Under the pieces are notes generated by a model. The model ran no database searches and had not been told where the DNA came from. It saw only the letters and a program-made list of their open reading frames with translations. DNA of 64,000 nt, taken from IMG/VR virus record IMGVR_UViG_3300020473_000011, positions 124,001 through 188,000 of that record. One strand, written 5' to 3'. Made by a program: the position numbers and the translations under genes. This document shows, in pieces, positions 35,835 to 44,825 of the stretch (its first letter is position 1; each line of letters opens with the position of its first letter).

Positions 35835-36713
35835 ATGACACACGCAATGAACCCCGAAAATTTGGGGTTGTTAAAGAAGACCCTCGATTCGCTGCCCGAT
35901 GGCGTGCTGGTCGTTTCTCCTGACCGAAAAATTGTTTATGCGAATGACCGATTTATCGCTATGTGGGGGATCCCAAGCACCGTCATGGGGACTCATGACG
36001 ACAGCAAGATACTTGATTATGTTGAGGCGCAGGTCACTGACCTTGAGACTTTCCGAAAGCAGGTAGAGGATTTATACGAGACACGCCGCGAAACAGAAGA
36101 TGAGATCCATCTTACTGATGGCCGTGTTTTTCTCCGCCGAGGGACGTACCACGTTAATGCTGAGGGTGAGACCGCCCACATTTGGGTGTTCTCCGATATA
36201 ACCAGCCTAAAAGCATTTGAGCGCTGTTCGCTTACTGGCGTATTTAACCGCCGTAAGTTCGATGAAGAGTTCGGCTTGCGCCTGCTTGGCATGACAGACA
36301 AGGATATTATTGGCGTAGCGCTACTAGACCTTGATAACTTCAAGCAGTACAACGACAGCTATGGCCACCAGCAAGGCGACCGCTTACTTTCAGAGGTTGG
36401 ACGCTTGTTCCTTGGACGCCTACGTCGTAGAGGCGACACAGCTTATCGTATTGGGGGAGAAGAGTTCCTACTAGTCTGTAAGTGCCGCACTGAGCAACAC
36501 CTGTTTGATTTCATTGATTCAATACGCGCTGATGTTCAGCGCCTTGGCCGTGAGCATGAGAAGAACGCACCTTATAATGTCGTGACCTTTTCGGCAGGCG
36601 TTGGTTTCATACAGGGCAGCGCGAAGGCTGACTACGTGTTTGCCCAAGTAGATAAGGCGCTCTACGCGGCAAAAGAAAAAGGCCGCAACCAACTCGTAAG
36701 GGCTAAGATTTAG
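35835..36713 (+). CDS. PAS-GGDEF diguanylate cyclase
   Basis: PAS domain (LDSLPDGVLVV...YANDRF..MWG), LTGVFNRR, DLDNFKQYNDSYGHQQGD, RxxD I-site (RRGD) and GGEEF active site. Confidence 0.95.
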   Translation: MTHAMNPENLGLLKKTLDSLPDGVLVVSPDRKIVYANDRFIAMWGIPSTVMGTHDDSKILDYVEAQVTDLETFRKQVEDLYETRRETEDEIHLTDGRVFLRRGTYHVNAEGETAHIWVFSDITSLKAFERCSLTGVFNRRKFDEEFGLRLLGMTDKDIIGVALLDLDNFKQYNDSYGHQQGDRLLSEVGRLFLGRLRRRGDTAYRIGGEEFLLVCKCRTEQHLFDFIDSIRADVQRLGREHEKNAPYNVVTFSAGVGFIQGSAKADYVFAQVDKALYAAKEKGRNQLVRAKI

Positions 36714-36735
36714 TCCTTACCTTTCCCCAGACACG

Positions 36736-36766
36736 AAAAAGCCAGCATTACGCTGGCTCTCTTTTT
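36736..36766. terminator. Bidirectional terminator
   Basis: AAAAAGCCAGC-ATTAC-GCTGGCT...TTTTT between convergent genes. Confidence 0.75.
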
Positions 36767-36831
36767 CCTAAGCTAATCGCTGGGCAGCGATTGGCGGTAA
36801 AGTACCACCGAACTAGCTGCACGGCAAGTAG

Positions 36832-37344
36832 TTATGCGGCTTTTTGAAATTCAATGTCTTTAAGTGATTCAATTGTAGCCTTGCTTAGCTTAATGTCTTT
36901 TTGTGCATGAAATGCGACGGCTAACCAAACGAGCTTAAAGTTAGCCACACTCGGAACAGGTTTACCGAGCTGAGCTGCGTCCCACTCATCTTTAGACTCG
37001 AAGTCGCAAGCACATGCGCCTTCTAGATGCTCGGGAGCCTCGCGTTCAACCGTATGCCCATGCTTAGCCTCTTCGGTTTCTAAGTGTGTCCAAACCTTTT
37101 CCAGTAACTCGGTGTTACCTTCTTGTTCCATGATGTAGGCATCGACGTCTTGGCGTAGCAAGCCCATCACACGTTGTGCGAGGTCTTCCCAGTCTTCTGA
37201 GAGTGCATCAGCAAAGCGCCACGTATTCTCAACAGTAGGCTCTAGCATAAGCGTCGTGTAGATGCTCGAAGCACGGTCAAACCGCGCCTGTGCAAGCTGC
37301 TCGGGTGTCTGGCTATCACGTGTGTCGTCGGTCGGAAACATCAT
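36832..37344 (-). CDS. Hypothetical protein
   Basis: 170 aa, AAGGAG RBS. Confidence 0.7.
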   Translation of the reverse strand: MMFPTDDTRDSQTPEQLAQARFDRASSIYTTLMLEPTVENTWRFADALSEDWEDLAQRVMGLLRQDVDAYIMEQEGNTELLEKVWTHLETEEAKHGHTVEREAPEHLEGACACDFESKDEWDAAQLGKPVPSVANFKLVWLAVAFHAQKDIKLSKATIESLKDIEFQKAA

Positions 37345-37355
37345 AGTACAGCTCC

Positions 37356-37781
37356 TTAATGTACGTGCTTATGATCAGGGTTGTCACAACCGCACATGTG
37401 ATAGTCAACTCTGGACTGCTTCGGTATATTACGTAAGACCTCAAGAACACCTTCCATATCTACAGGTGTCAGCTGATAGTGGGTGAAGCTCATGTGGTCT
37501 TCCAAAATCTTATCGTCTGCGTCAAAGATGCGCAGTGCCATTGCACCTAGCTCATCGCCTTTTTTGATGATGAAGAACTCAACGGTGCTCCCGTCGGTAG
37601 ATTCTAAATACATACGGTAGGTGACCTCCGCTGCTCCAAAAGGAATACTACAGCGCGTGAAGTATGTTTGGGCATGCTTCAAGCCGATGTAAGTGCCCAG
37701 TACGTAGGTCGTGAAAGCCTCGGCCACTGGGTTCTCTCTGAACTCTGGGATCTCCGAGATATGAAAGTTTTGTTTAGACAT
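37356..37781 (-). CDS. Hypothetical protein
   Basis: 141 aa with a C-terminal HMCGC..DHKHVH tail. Confidence 0.7.
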   Translation of the reverse strand: MSKQNFHISEIPEFRENPVAEAFTTYVLGTYIGLKHAQTYFTRCSIPFGAAEVTYRMYLESTDGSTVEFFIIKKGDELGAMALRIFDADDKILEDHMSFTHYQLTPVDMEGVLEVLRNIPKQSRVDYHMCGCDNPDHKHVH

Positions 37782-37790
37782 AAGGTACCC

Positions 37791-38228
37791 TTAATCTTCT
37801 GTTGATGCGCAGTATATAATAGATAGCTTGCGGGTGTCAGGCTCGATACCGTGCATGCCGAAATTACGCGAGGCATCACCCGAGTTATCGTAAACATCCT
37901 CAACAGGAAACGTTTCTTTTAGTTGGTCAACATGAACGCAAATCGAACCTAGTTCCATCATGGCAGTTAGGATTGATTCTTGCTGGCCTGCTTCAAGAGC
38001 GCGGGCAAAAGTTCGGTAGTTTCTTTCGTCGGCGGTGCTTTTTGCAGCCTTGTTTATCTCGTTGCCTAGGATTGACTCAACAGCAACATCGTTACCACAG
38101 CCATTGTCTAGCGCGCTCGATAGTGATTCGGTGGCTTCAACCAGTGCGAGGGCAAGTGTCATCGGGTCTTGCTCTGCTAGTAACTTAATAGCGCGGGCTT
38201 TCTTGTCTTCAAATGTTTGACCTAACAT
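37791..38228 (-). CDS. Hypothetical protein
   Basis: 145 aa, AAGGA RBS. Confidence 0.7.
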   Translation of the reverse strand: MLGQTFEDKKARAIKLLAEQDPMTLALALVEATESLSSALDNGCGNDVAVESILGNEINKAAKSTADERNYRTFARALEAGQQESILTAMMELGSICVHVDQLKETFPVEDVYDNSGDASRNFGMHGIEPDTRKLSIIYCASTED

Positions 38229-38257
38229 AGTTAGTGTCCTTATCGGTTAGTTAATTT

Positions 38258-38476
38258 TTATAAGTACGGTGCGAAGAGTGCTGCTAGAAAGCACATTATA
38301 AGCGCAGCACAGTAATAGTCGACCATGTCAACTCGTTGCTTCTTGCGTGTCGGCGCTTTACTCTTCGTTACCGTTCGAGGCCGTGTCGGGGACACTGACC
38401 TTGGTACCACATAGCGTCTAGGTCGTACCTTTCTGGGTTTCGTCGGATCTGCGCTCGGTACTACTTTGCGCATCAT
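38258..38476 (-). CDS. Basic protein with a C-terminal TM
   Basis: Arg/Pro-rich N-terminus and hydrophobic tail. Confidence 0.55.
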   Translation of the reverse strand: MMRKVVPSADPTKPRKVRPRRYVVPRSVSPTRPRTVTKSKAPTRKKQRVDMVDYYCAALIMCFLAALFAPYL

Positions 38477-38490
38477 CAGGCGACCCCTTC

Positions 38491-38835
38491 TTAATCTTTG
38501 CGCACCCAGCCTATACTTAGTACATAGCGCGTGCCCTTTTCTACGCGGGTAACGCTATGTGAATACAGGTCAGGTCTGAATACTTTTAGTCTCGGCCAAT
38601 TAATTATACAGCTGCTACACTCGAAGTTACCACCGTTGGCTGCGTGCTTTAGAATGATGTTTACTCTAAAGTGACGCCCAGCCTTAACTGCATCAACATG
38701 AGGTTTAATCTCACTGTTCGCAGGAAAGCGTAATAGATAGCAGTCCGCTTTAATTAGCGTCGAACGAAAAAGTAGCATTCGCTGATAGCCTGACTCTTGT
38801 CGGCCGTTTATCCAGCGGAACAGTTCTTTAAACAA
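38491..38835 (-). CDS. 2OG-Fe(II) oxygenase
   Basis: HVD...GGNF...HSV...RYVLSIGW gives the HxD/H facial triad and the RxS-like 2OG site. Confidence 0.85.
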   Translation of the reverse strand: MFKELFRWINGRQESGYQRMLLFRSTLIKADCYLLRFPANSEIKPHVDAVKAGRHFRVNIILKHAANGGNFECSSCIINWPRLKVFRPDLYSHSVTRVEKGTRYVLSIGWVRKD

Positions 38836-39024
38836 AACCGTGCTCCTTCCGTTAGTCTCATATCACAACCCTAACGTTGTACAACGATTCTAAACTCCTG
38901 CGGCGCAGGTGTCAACGACGAATTTTAAAAATTATCACAAAGCATGCTTAAACGCTGATATACTGAACAGGCTGTATAGAGACAGCACTAGAAAAACATT
39001 AATTGAGACTAAAGAGGTACCCTT

Positions 39025-39534
39025 ATGGGAATTTTTTTCACGGGTTTTGCCCGCCATGGTAAAGACAGCGCGGCTGAAATCGTAAAGAAGCATTTTGGCT
39101 TAACGTTCGCTGCGTCGTCAGAGTTTGCATGCGACCTGTTTTTATTCGATAAGCTTAAAGATGAGTTTGGGTACGCGACAAAAGAGCAGTGCTTTGCGGA
39201 TCGTGTTAATCATCGTCAGCGATGGTTTGACGAAATTGTGGCGTTCAATTCACCTGACCTAGGCCGTCTAGGCGAGCTTATTTTTGAGAAGCACGACATC
39301 TACTGCGGGATCCGTAATCTCGACGAACTGAACGTATTACGTGAGAAAGGATTAGGCAATCTTGTTATCTGGGTTGATGCAACTGAGCGCCTAGGCTCGG
39401 TCGAGTCGGGAAGCAACACCATTGGCAAAGAGCACGCCGACATCATCATTGAAAACAATGGCACGCTCGAAGAGTTTGAAGAGAAGGTGTTCAACTTATT
39501 CGCATTACTCACGTCTAAGAAAGGTACCGTATGA
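39025..39534 (+). CDS. Deoxynucleoside monophosphate kinase-like P-loop protein
   Basis: GFARHGKDSAAE P-loop, GIR...E, DIIIENNGTLEE. Confidence 0.75.
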   Translation: MGIFFTGFARHGKDSAAEIVKKHFGLTFAASSEFACDLFLFDKLKDEFGYATKEQCFADRVNHRQRWFDEIVAFNSPDLGRLGELIFEKHDIYCGIRNLDELNVLREKGLGNLVIWVDATERLGSVESGSNTIGKEHADIIIENNGTLEEFEEKVFNLFALLTSKKGTV

Positions 39535-39959
39535 GCGCCATAGATATTAAACAATTAACCGAGGGTCACCTGAATGGTACTCGCGTCTGGGTCTGCCACT
39601 TCAATCAACCTGACCTTTTGAAGAAGCCTTTGCGGAATGTACCGCCGACTGAAATGCTGGTTGTGTCCAATGGCAACCTTCCTGAAAACAAGAAGATATA
39701 CTACTCGACCTGCCACCTGCGTCCACTCAGTAAAAAGGGCTTACCTACGTCGCGTATAGTTCCTATCTTTGATAACACGGGCTTTCGTGGCTACACGGGC
39801 ACACCGCTGCACGTCTTCGACAATAAAGAAGAGTGTATCAAGCAATGGCACCGTGACCTCGACGTCGTCCGCGCCAAGATCGACCATGAAATTGAAGTGG
39901 CTGCCAAGGTATGGGAAGACCGACTAGCGTCGCACCGTGAGCTTTACGTCGATGCGTAA
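39531..39959 (+). CDS. Hypothetical protein
   Basis: 142-aa coupled ORF. Confidence 0.7.
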   Translation: MSAIDIKQLTEGHLNGTRVWVCHFNQPDLLKKPLRNVPPTEMLVVSNGNLPENKKIYYSTCHLRPLSKKGLPTSRIVPIFDNTGFRGYTGTPLHVFDNKEECIKQWHRDLDVVRAKIDHEIEVAAKVWEDRLASHRELYVDA

Positions 39960-40227
39960 GGCTAGCGAAACAGGTGATGCCTTTGACTACGATAAGCCAA
40001 TTTGCGTTTATGTAGGGAAGTGGTCTTTGTGGCAGCGCCTTAGTATGGCTTGGCGTGCATTCCGTAAACCTGATGCTTACCGCGCAGCCCCAATTATAGG
40101 CTGTGCTATGTTAGACGGTACAGTGCAAGCTAACGTTGTTATGACGCATGAGGATAACTCTAAGCGTGAAGTTAGCTATGTGCTTGCGTACCGCCTTATA
40201 AATGATAAGGAAAGTGCAGGGGATTAG
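39937..40227 (+). CDS. Hypothetical protein
   Basis: Likely start at MRKASE. Confidence 0.55.
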   Translation: MSFTSMRKASETGDAFDYDKPICVYVGKWSLWQRLSMAWRAFRKPDAYRAAPIIGCAMLDGTVQANVVMTHEDNSKREVSYVLAYRLINDKESAGD

Positions 40228-40688
40228 GCTGGGGCGCGCTTGCGCCTCACTCTTCCTGATTGTTTACGATGAGCAGGCACCTCATTATTTGGTCGGTACC
40301 GTGCACACAGCTGAACAGTTAAATCACACATCGCGACATCGAACATCCCAATGTGACAATCATCAACTTGAATGCCTAGCTCACCTGCCAGCCACGCGTA
40401 GGCTTGTTTACGCTTCATGAGCTTGTCTTTCCAAAGAGGATCAAACGCACGATGCGCTCGACTCTTTGCGGCTCTAAGTTGAGCGTTAGCCAGTCGACCT
40501 AGTGGTCGTATACCGTTCCCGTCATCTAAATGGCAGCCAACATACGCGCCGCATTCTTTTTCGCATTGCCAAAAGTTTCTAAAGTGTAGGTCAGGGCGGT
40601 TGGGGTAGATCTCACGACCTGTCACAAGCTCAGCAAGTACGGTTTCACTTACTGTCGAACAGTAAGGACACGCTAACGGTTTTTTCAT
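40224..40688 (-). CDS. DUF3268-like zinc-finger protein
   Basis: CPYC...IYP.RPDL...CGAYVGCH...PLGRLAN..LR...AH.AFDPLW...AYAWLA...CHIGMFD. Confidence 0.85.
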   Translation of the reverse strand: MKKPLACPYCSTVSETVLAELVTGREIYPNRPDLHFRNFWQCEKECGAYVGCHLDDGNGIRPLGRLANAQLRAAKSRAHRAFDPLWKDKLMKRKQAYAWLAGELGIQVDDCHIGMFDVAMCDLTVQLCARYRPNNEVPAHRKQSGRVRRKRAPA

Positions 40689-40864
40689 GCACTGTCCCCT
40701 CGGTCAATAACGACGACTTGGCCAGACACTAGGCGCTCATAGATTTCAGTTGGTTTAAGCTTTGGTACGGGCACCCATCGGCCATCTTGTTTCTCAACAG
40801 CACCAACTGGGCGTATAACGCTTTCAGTTTGGCCACTGTACATGACGTGCATTGTTCGCTGCAT
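40685..40864 (-). CDS. 59-aa hypothetical protein
   Basis: Manual translation MQRTMHVMYSGQTESVIRPVGAVEKQDGRW...; ATGA-coupled to the next gene. Confidence 0.55.
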   Translation of the reverse strand: MQRTMHVMYSGQTESVIRPVGAVEKQDGRWVPVPKLKPTEIYERLVSGQVVVIDRGDSA

Positions 40865-41167
40865 AGCAGATTCTCATATCAGTCTCGATTGCGAAGCATT
40901 CTAACTCATGCGTCAGGTTTAGGAAAGTCAGGTTCCTCGCGTCGAAGGCGCTCGACAAAAGCACAGGCTGCCGCTAACCGTTCATGGTCATCAGCTGTCC
41001 ACTCATGCGGCTCTATTGGACAACCGACTGTCACGGTACCGTCGGTTAACTTTTCACGTACTTCATTGGCCAGTGGGTGCTCATTTATTGGGGTTGGTGT
41101 CATGGCAGTTGGTCTCCAAATAAAAAAAGCCCTAACACGTCGGCTAGGGCTTGGGCGGATCACTTGA

Positions 41168-41758
41168 TTACTTCCCGTAAGGCTCGTCTGAGAAGCCTTG
41201 TCGACGACGTGCGCCGTCCTTACCAATAACGACTTGACCTTCTTTGACGTACTTAGGAACGTCGTAGGCTGGTACAAGTGAGTATTGGTTTTTCAATGGG
41301 TGTGTCATGGCGATGTTTGGCATGACATAAGGAATGCGGTTGTTCTTGCGTGCAAGCTTTGCAAGGTCAGTCTTTGCAGATTTGAAGATCCAGTACTTAG
41401 GGTCTTGCTCTGAGGCGTCGGCCACATCAATGAACGGTACATCGGCTGGCGTGAAGGCACTATATAGTTCGACTTCGGTGTCGCCCTGAGACGCTGCAAC
41501 GAGTGGTGCAATAGTTGGCATCTGGTACTTTGCAAGTAATACAGCATTTGTGATTGCCAACTGTTTACTTGGTGCTTCTACAATAATGTTCTGCTCGCCA
41601 TCAGTCGTGTGAAACTTTACTTTGAAGAACATACGACGCTCACGCTTACCTGCAAGTGCTGCCTCATTTAGGGTCGTCACTGCGGCGGGCGTTAAGCTTT
41701 CTAATACTTGTGCAATTCGTGTAGTCATGGTTGTTATACCTCTTTCATTCTCATACAA
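41168..41758 (-). CDS. Hypothetical protein (possible internal head protein)
   Basis: Probable start MTTRIAQVLE...LNE after GAGG; followed by a terminator. Confidence 0.7.
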   Translation of the reverse strand: MYENERGITTMTTRIAQVLESLTPAAVTTLNEAALAGKRERRMFFKVKFHTTDGEQNIIVEAPSKQLAITNAVLLAKYQMPTIAPLVAASQGDTEVELYSAFTPADVPFIDVADASEQDPKYWIFKSAKTDLAKLARKNNRIPYVMPNIAMTHPLKNQYSLVPAYDVPKYVKEGQVVIGKDGARRRQGFSDEPYGK

Positions 41759-41804
41759 AAAAGGCTCGAATTAACGAGCCTTTCTTTACCACTTAGACGT
41801 GTAA

Positions 41805-42197
41805 TTACTTACGACGAGTCTTAGCAGCTTGACGAGCTTTCTTAGAAAGTGCTAGGTCAATCTTAGCAGCAACCCAGTTGCCTGTCTCGTCGTCGCGCTG
41901 TACGCTGTACTTAGGCTTATCAAGACCTTTGTTTAGCTTCGCCGCTTGCTTAACAGCCTTACGGTAGCTAGGGTCGCGCTTTAACTGTAGACGACGCTTT
42001 TTAGCAGCGATACGCTCTTGTGAAGACATGCGACGCTCTTCGATTTCAGCTTTAGCTTCGTCTGACTCAGCCTTTTCAAGCTCTTCTTCGATAGCAGCGT
42101 GCTCTGCTTCAAGTGTCACTAGCTCTTCTTCAAGTGCTACTACACCTTCTTCAATTGCGTGCTTCTCTAACATTTGACCAATGATTGTCTTAGACAT
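41805..42197 (-). CDS. Acidic coiled-coil/basic-tail protein (possible head core protein)
   Basis: Glu-rich N-terminal half, Lys/Arg-rich C-terminal half; terminator at about 41757-41784. Confidence 0.7.
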   Translation of the reverse strand: MSKTIIGQMLEKHAIEEGVVALEEELVTLEAEHAAIEEELEKAESDEAKAEIEERRMSSQERIAAKKRRLQLKRDPSYRKAVKQAAKLNKGLDKPKYSVQRDDETGNWVAAKIDLALSKKARQAAKTRRK

Positions 42198-42426
42198 CGT
42201 CTCATCCTCTATGTATACATAATTAATAGTTTAGCTATAACTAAATGGGTCGCGTTTATCTGTGTTTCCGCTTCCCGTTCGCGGCCTGCTTAAACGTTGT
42301 ACAAGCCGAGAATTACTAGGTAATTCAGTGTTTATACTATCGCATAAACTCGCCTTGGTTGGAAGCATTGTACAATAAAAAAATGTAAAAATATACGGTG
42401 TACAATGCCCCTCAATGGTGCGTGTT

Positions 42427-43467
42427 TTAGCTAAGTAGACATTCGACTAATGTATCAGTAACTGCAACACAGACACTTTCGTCGAAACTAGGTGATTGCT
42501 CCGCATTACTCGTCAAAAGTGTCGGGAACACATTCAGCCAGTCAGCCGTACCTGATGCCGTGTTTTTCTTAACCAATTCAAGAATTGATTCTGGCATATT
42601 GCCCTGTCGAACCAGCTCTTGCATTAAGGGTAATAGTGCACGGCGGTGAAGCGTTGGCAAATCCGCTAGTGCCTGCATGTCTTCAATAAGTGTCGGGTGT
42701 GTGGCTTGCCAACTCATCATAGCTTGGCGCGCGATGTTACTAACGTCTTGCAGTGACTCATAGTGCATAGCAGCACCTGCTTGAAGTACTTCACGTACAA
42801 CCGCTGGTAACTTACCGTATGGGTTGTCTTCGTGCCATGTCATTTCCATGACGTCTTCTTCACCATCAAGGTTAATCGAAGCACTGTCACTGAATGCTTC
42901 CCAGCGTAGTAACATTTCTTTGTACAATTCAGCTAGGTCACGTGCGAGTGTCTTCTCCGCGTCAGACGCGTCAGGTGGAAGATTGAACTTATCCTTATTG
43001 TCACCCAGCGCCTTACCGACTGCGGCTTTGCTCGGCGTTACCTTTGGCTTTTCGTCTTGCTCAGGCTCAGGCTTTTCCTTTGTGTCAGGCTTGGGTTTTT
43101 CTTTTTTCGGTTTAGGCTTCGGGAGTGTGCCATCAGCGGCTTGCTTTTCTTTACGCTGCTGATTGGCCTTTAGCTTCTTTTGCATAGCGCTTTCTTCATC
43201 TAGGTTTAAACTCTCTAGGTGGCGGTAGCGTTCAAGTAGTGCCTCAGCGCGGGGTAGGGCAAGTTTGCCTTCTTTGGTGAGCTTTGCGTCTTCGTCGTCA
43301 GCGAGTAAGCGCTTGAATATACCTGTTACGTAGGCATAAAAGTTTGAGTTCTCGGCGTTCTTGCCGTTCTTCGCCGCAATAGCGAGTGATTTTTTCCAGT
43401 AAGTCTCGACGTGGTCTACGTCAAGCTTTAGCGCCTTGGCGACGCTAACTACGAAATTATTGGCCAT
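42427..43467 (-). CDS. Hypothetical (putative virion) protein with a K/P/E-rich linker
   Basis: 346-aa ORF in the late block. Confidence 0.7.
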   Translation of the reverse strand: MANNFVVSVAKALKLDVDHVETYWKKSLAIAAKNGKNAENSNFYAYVTGIFKRLLADDEDAKLTKEGKLALPRAEALLERYRHLESLNLDEESAMQKKLKANQQRKEKQAADGTLPKPKPKKEKPKPDTKEKPEPEQDEKPKVTPSKAAVGKALGDNKDKFNLPPDASDAEKTLARDLAELYKEMLLRWEAFSDSASINLDGEEDVMEMTWHEDNPYGKLPAVVREVLQAGAAMHYESLQDVSNIARQAMMSWQATHPTLIEDMQALADLPTLHRRALLPLMQELVRQGNMPESILELVKKNTASGTADWLNVFPTLLTSNAEQSPSFDESVCVAVTDTLVECLLS

Positions 43468-43529
43468 GTATCTCAGTCTCGATTGTTGTTATAAAGTTGG
43501 CGGCCTCGTTAAAGACCGCCCACGGGCTA

Positions 43530-44222
43530 TCACAAATGTGCCTCGGGTAGATGGCTGCGCAACTGTGTGCGCAAGCCTTCGGGTACGTGGCAATCAGTGT
43601 AGCTTTTCACTTTCCAAGTAGCCTCTTGTGAAGCTCCTTGCGTACTCTTGTACAAACGTACTCGTTCGCCTAAGAGGTCTTTACCCTGTTGATTGTACAC
43701 GTCACAAACGTAATCATCGACAGAAATAAAGGATGTCTTTTTAGGATTATACAATAAGTCATCCACCTCATGTAGCGCGAACAACGTATGCTGCATAAAC
43801 GACAATAGCCTCTCAGCCAACTGTGAGTATACAACGCCTACATCCTGATCCAATGCCAACGTGGCCACATAGGCCACATAAGCATCATGAGCAGGCTTGT
43901 AGACGCGTGCCCATAGCAATTTAACCTTACTATCCATTAGGCTATGTTGCGCAACAGCTGATTGATATTGCGCCTGCACATCCATGGTGGCCTTCACCAG
44001 CGCGGTTCGGGTCTCTTCGTCAAACGTACCACTCGTACTTAGCTGCTTCTCAATTGTAAGCAGCCAAGTGAACCAATGCTCATAAAGGTTTAGTAAGATC
44101 TCTTGACTAGTCGCTTGGAAAGGAAAGTCTGCTCGCATTGTTTGGTTCAATGCGAACGTCTGATTTGCCTTAAAAGCTTCTAACCACTTGCTTGTAGTTA
44201 GGCTAAACGCGATCTTATCCAT
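43530..44222 (-). CDS. Hypothetical protein
   Basis: 230 aa, AAGGAG RBS. Confidence 0.7.
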   Translation of the reverse strand: MDKIAFSLTTSKWLEAFKANQTFALNQTMRADFPFQATSQEILLNLYEHWFTWLLTIEKQLSTSGTFDEETRTALVKATMDVQAQYQSAVAQHSLMDSKVKLLWARVYKPAHDAYVAYVATLALDQDVGVVYSQLAERLLSFMQHTLFALHEVDDLLYNPKKTSFISVDDYVCDVYNQQGKDLLGERVRLYKSTQGASQEATWKVKSYTDCHVPEGLRTQLRSHLPEAHL

Positions 44223-44233
44223 CGTGCTACTCC

Positions 44234-44764
44234 TTAACTCAGGGGCTTGTTGTAACGAGATACCGACGTGGCCATTAATAAGGTGGACAAGTTACGGATC
44301 TCCGATTGGATCACAGACAGCTCACGTAGTGGGTCAGCCATACGATCTTCAGACCGTTCTAACCAATCCAAGATAGAGCGCTGAGTCGCAGCATGCAGTG
44401 ACTCTGTGATCGTCTGGACAGATTTCTCTGCTAGTTTAAGTTGGGCTTGCAGCTCACGAAGCAATTCCTCGTTGTCCTCGCGGCCAACATCAAGCTTCTC
44501 AGCCTTGGCCTTGATACTATCGACAACCTCATGGATCGTGCTAATAGTGGTGATAGCATCGTCTAAGCGCGCAGCACGTTGCTCCCATGCGGGCATTAGC
44601 GTATCAAGCGACTTGAACAAGGGCACCAGCTTAAAGCGATATAACGCAGCAAAGGCAACTAAAGTTATGCACTGCAACAGCACGTCGATTTGCATCTCGA
44701 CCTGACCTGCTGCATTGGGCTTGAAAATGAAACCCAATAGGGCTTTTAACAGTTCTTCGAACAC
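44234..44764 (-). CDS. Membrane-anchored coiled-coil protein (possibly lysis-related)
   Basis: N-terminal hydrophobic segments followed by a long coiled coil. Confidence 0.6.
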   Translation of the reverse strand: MFEELLKALLGFIFKPNAAGQVEMQIDVLLQCITLVAFAALYRFKLVPLFKSLDTLMPAWEQRAARLDDAITTISTIHEVVDSIKAKAEKLDVGREDNEELLRELQAQLKLAEKSVQTITESLHAATQRSILDWLERSEDRMADPLRELSVIQSEIRNLSTLLMATSVSRYNKPLS

Positions 44765-44825
44765 TGGATATACCTCGTATAATCCGTAGGGTTCCCGATA
44801 GAACCCTACAGGTGATTAAACAGGT

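Noticed and set aside
40906-41277. 123-aa ORF as given in the track
   Set aside because: Its 5' half overlaps another gene and a terminator; only a shorter form starting at MTPTPINE (about 41103) is plausible.
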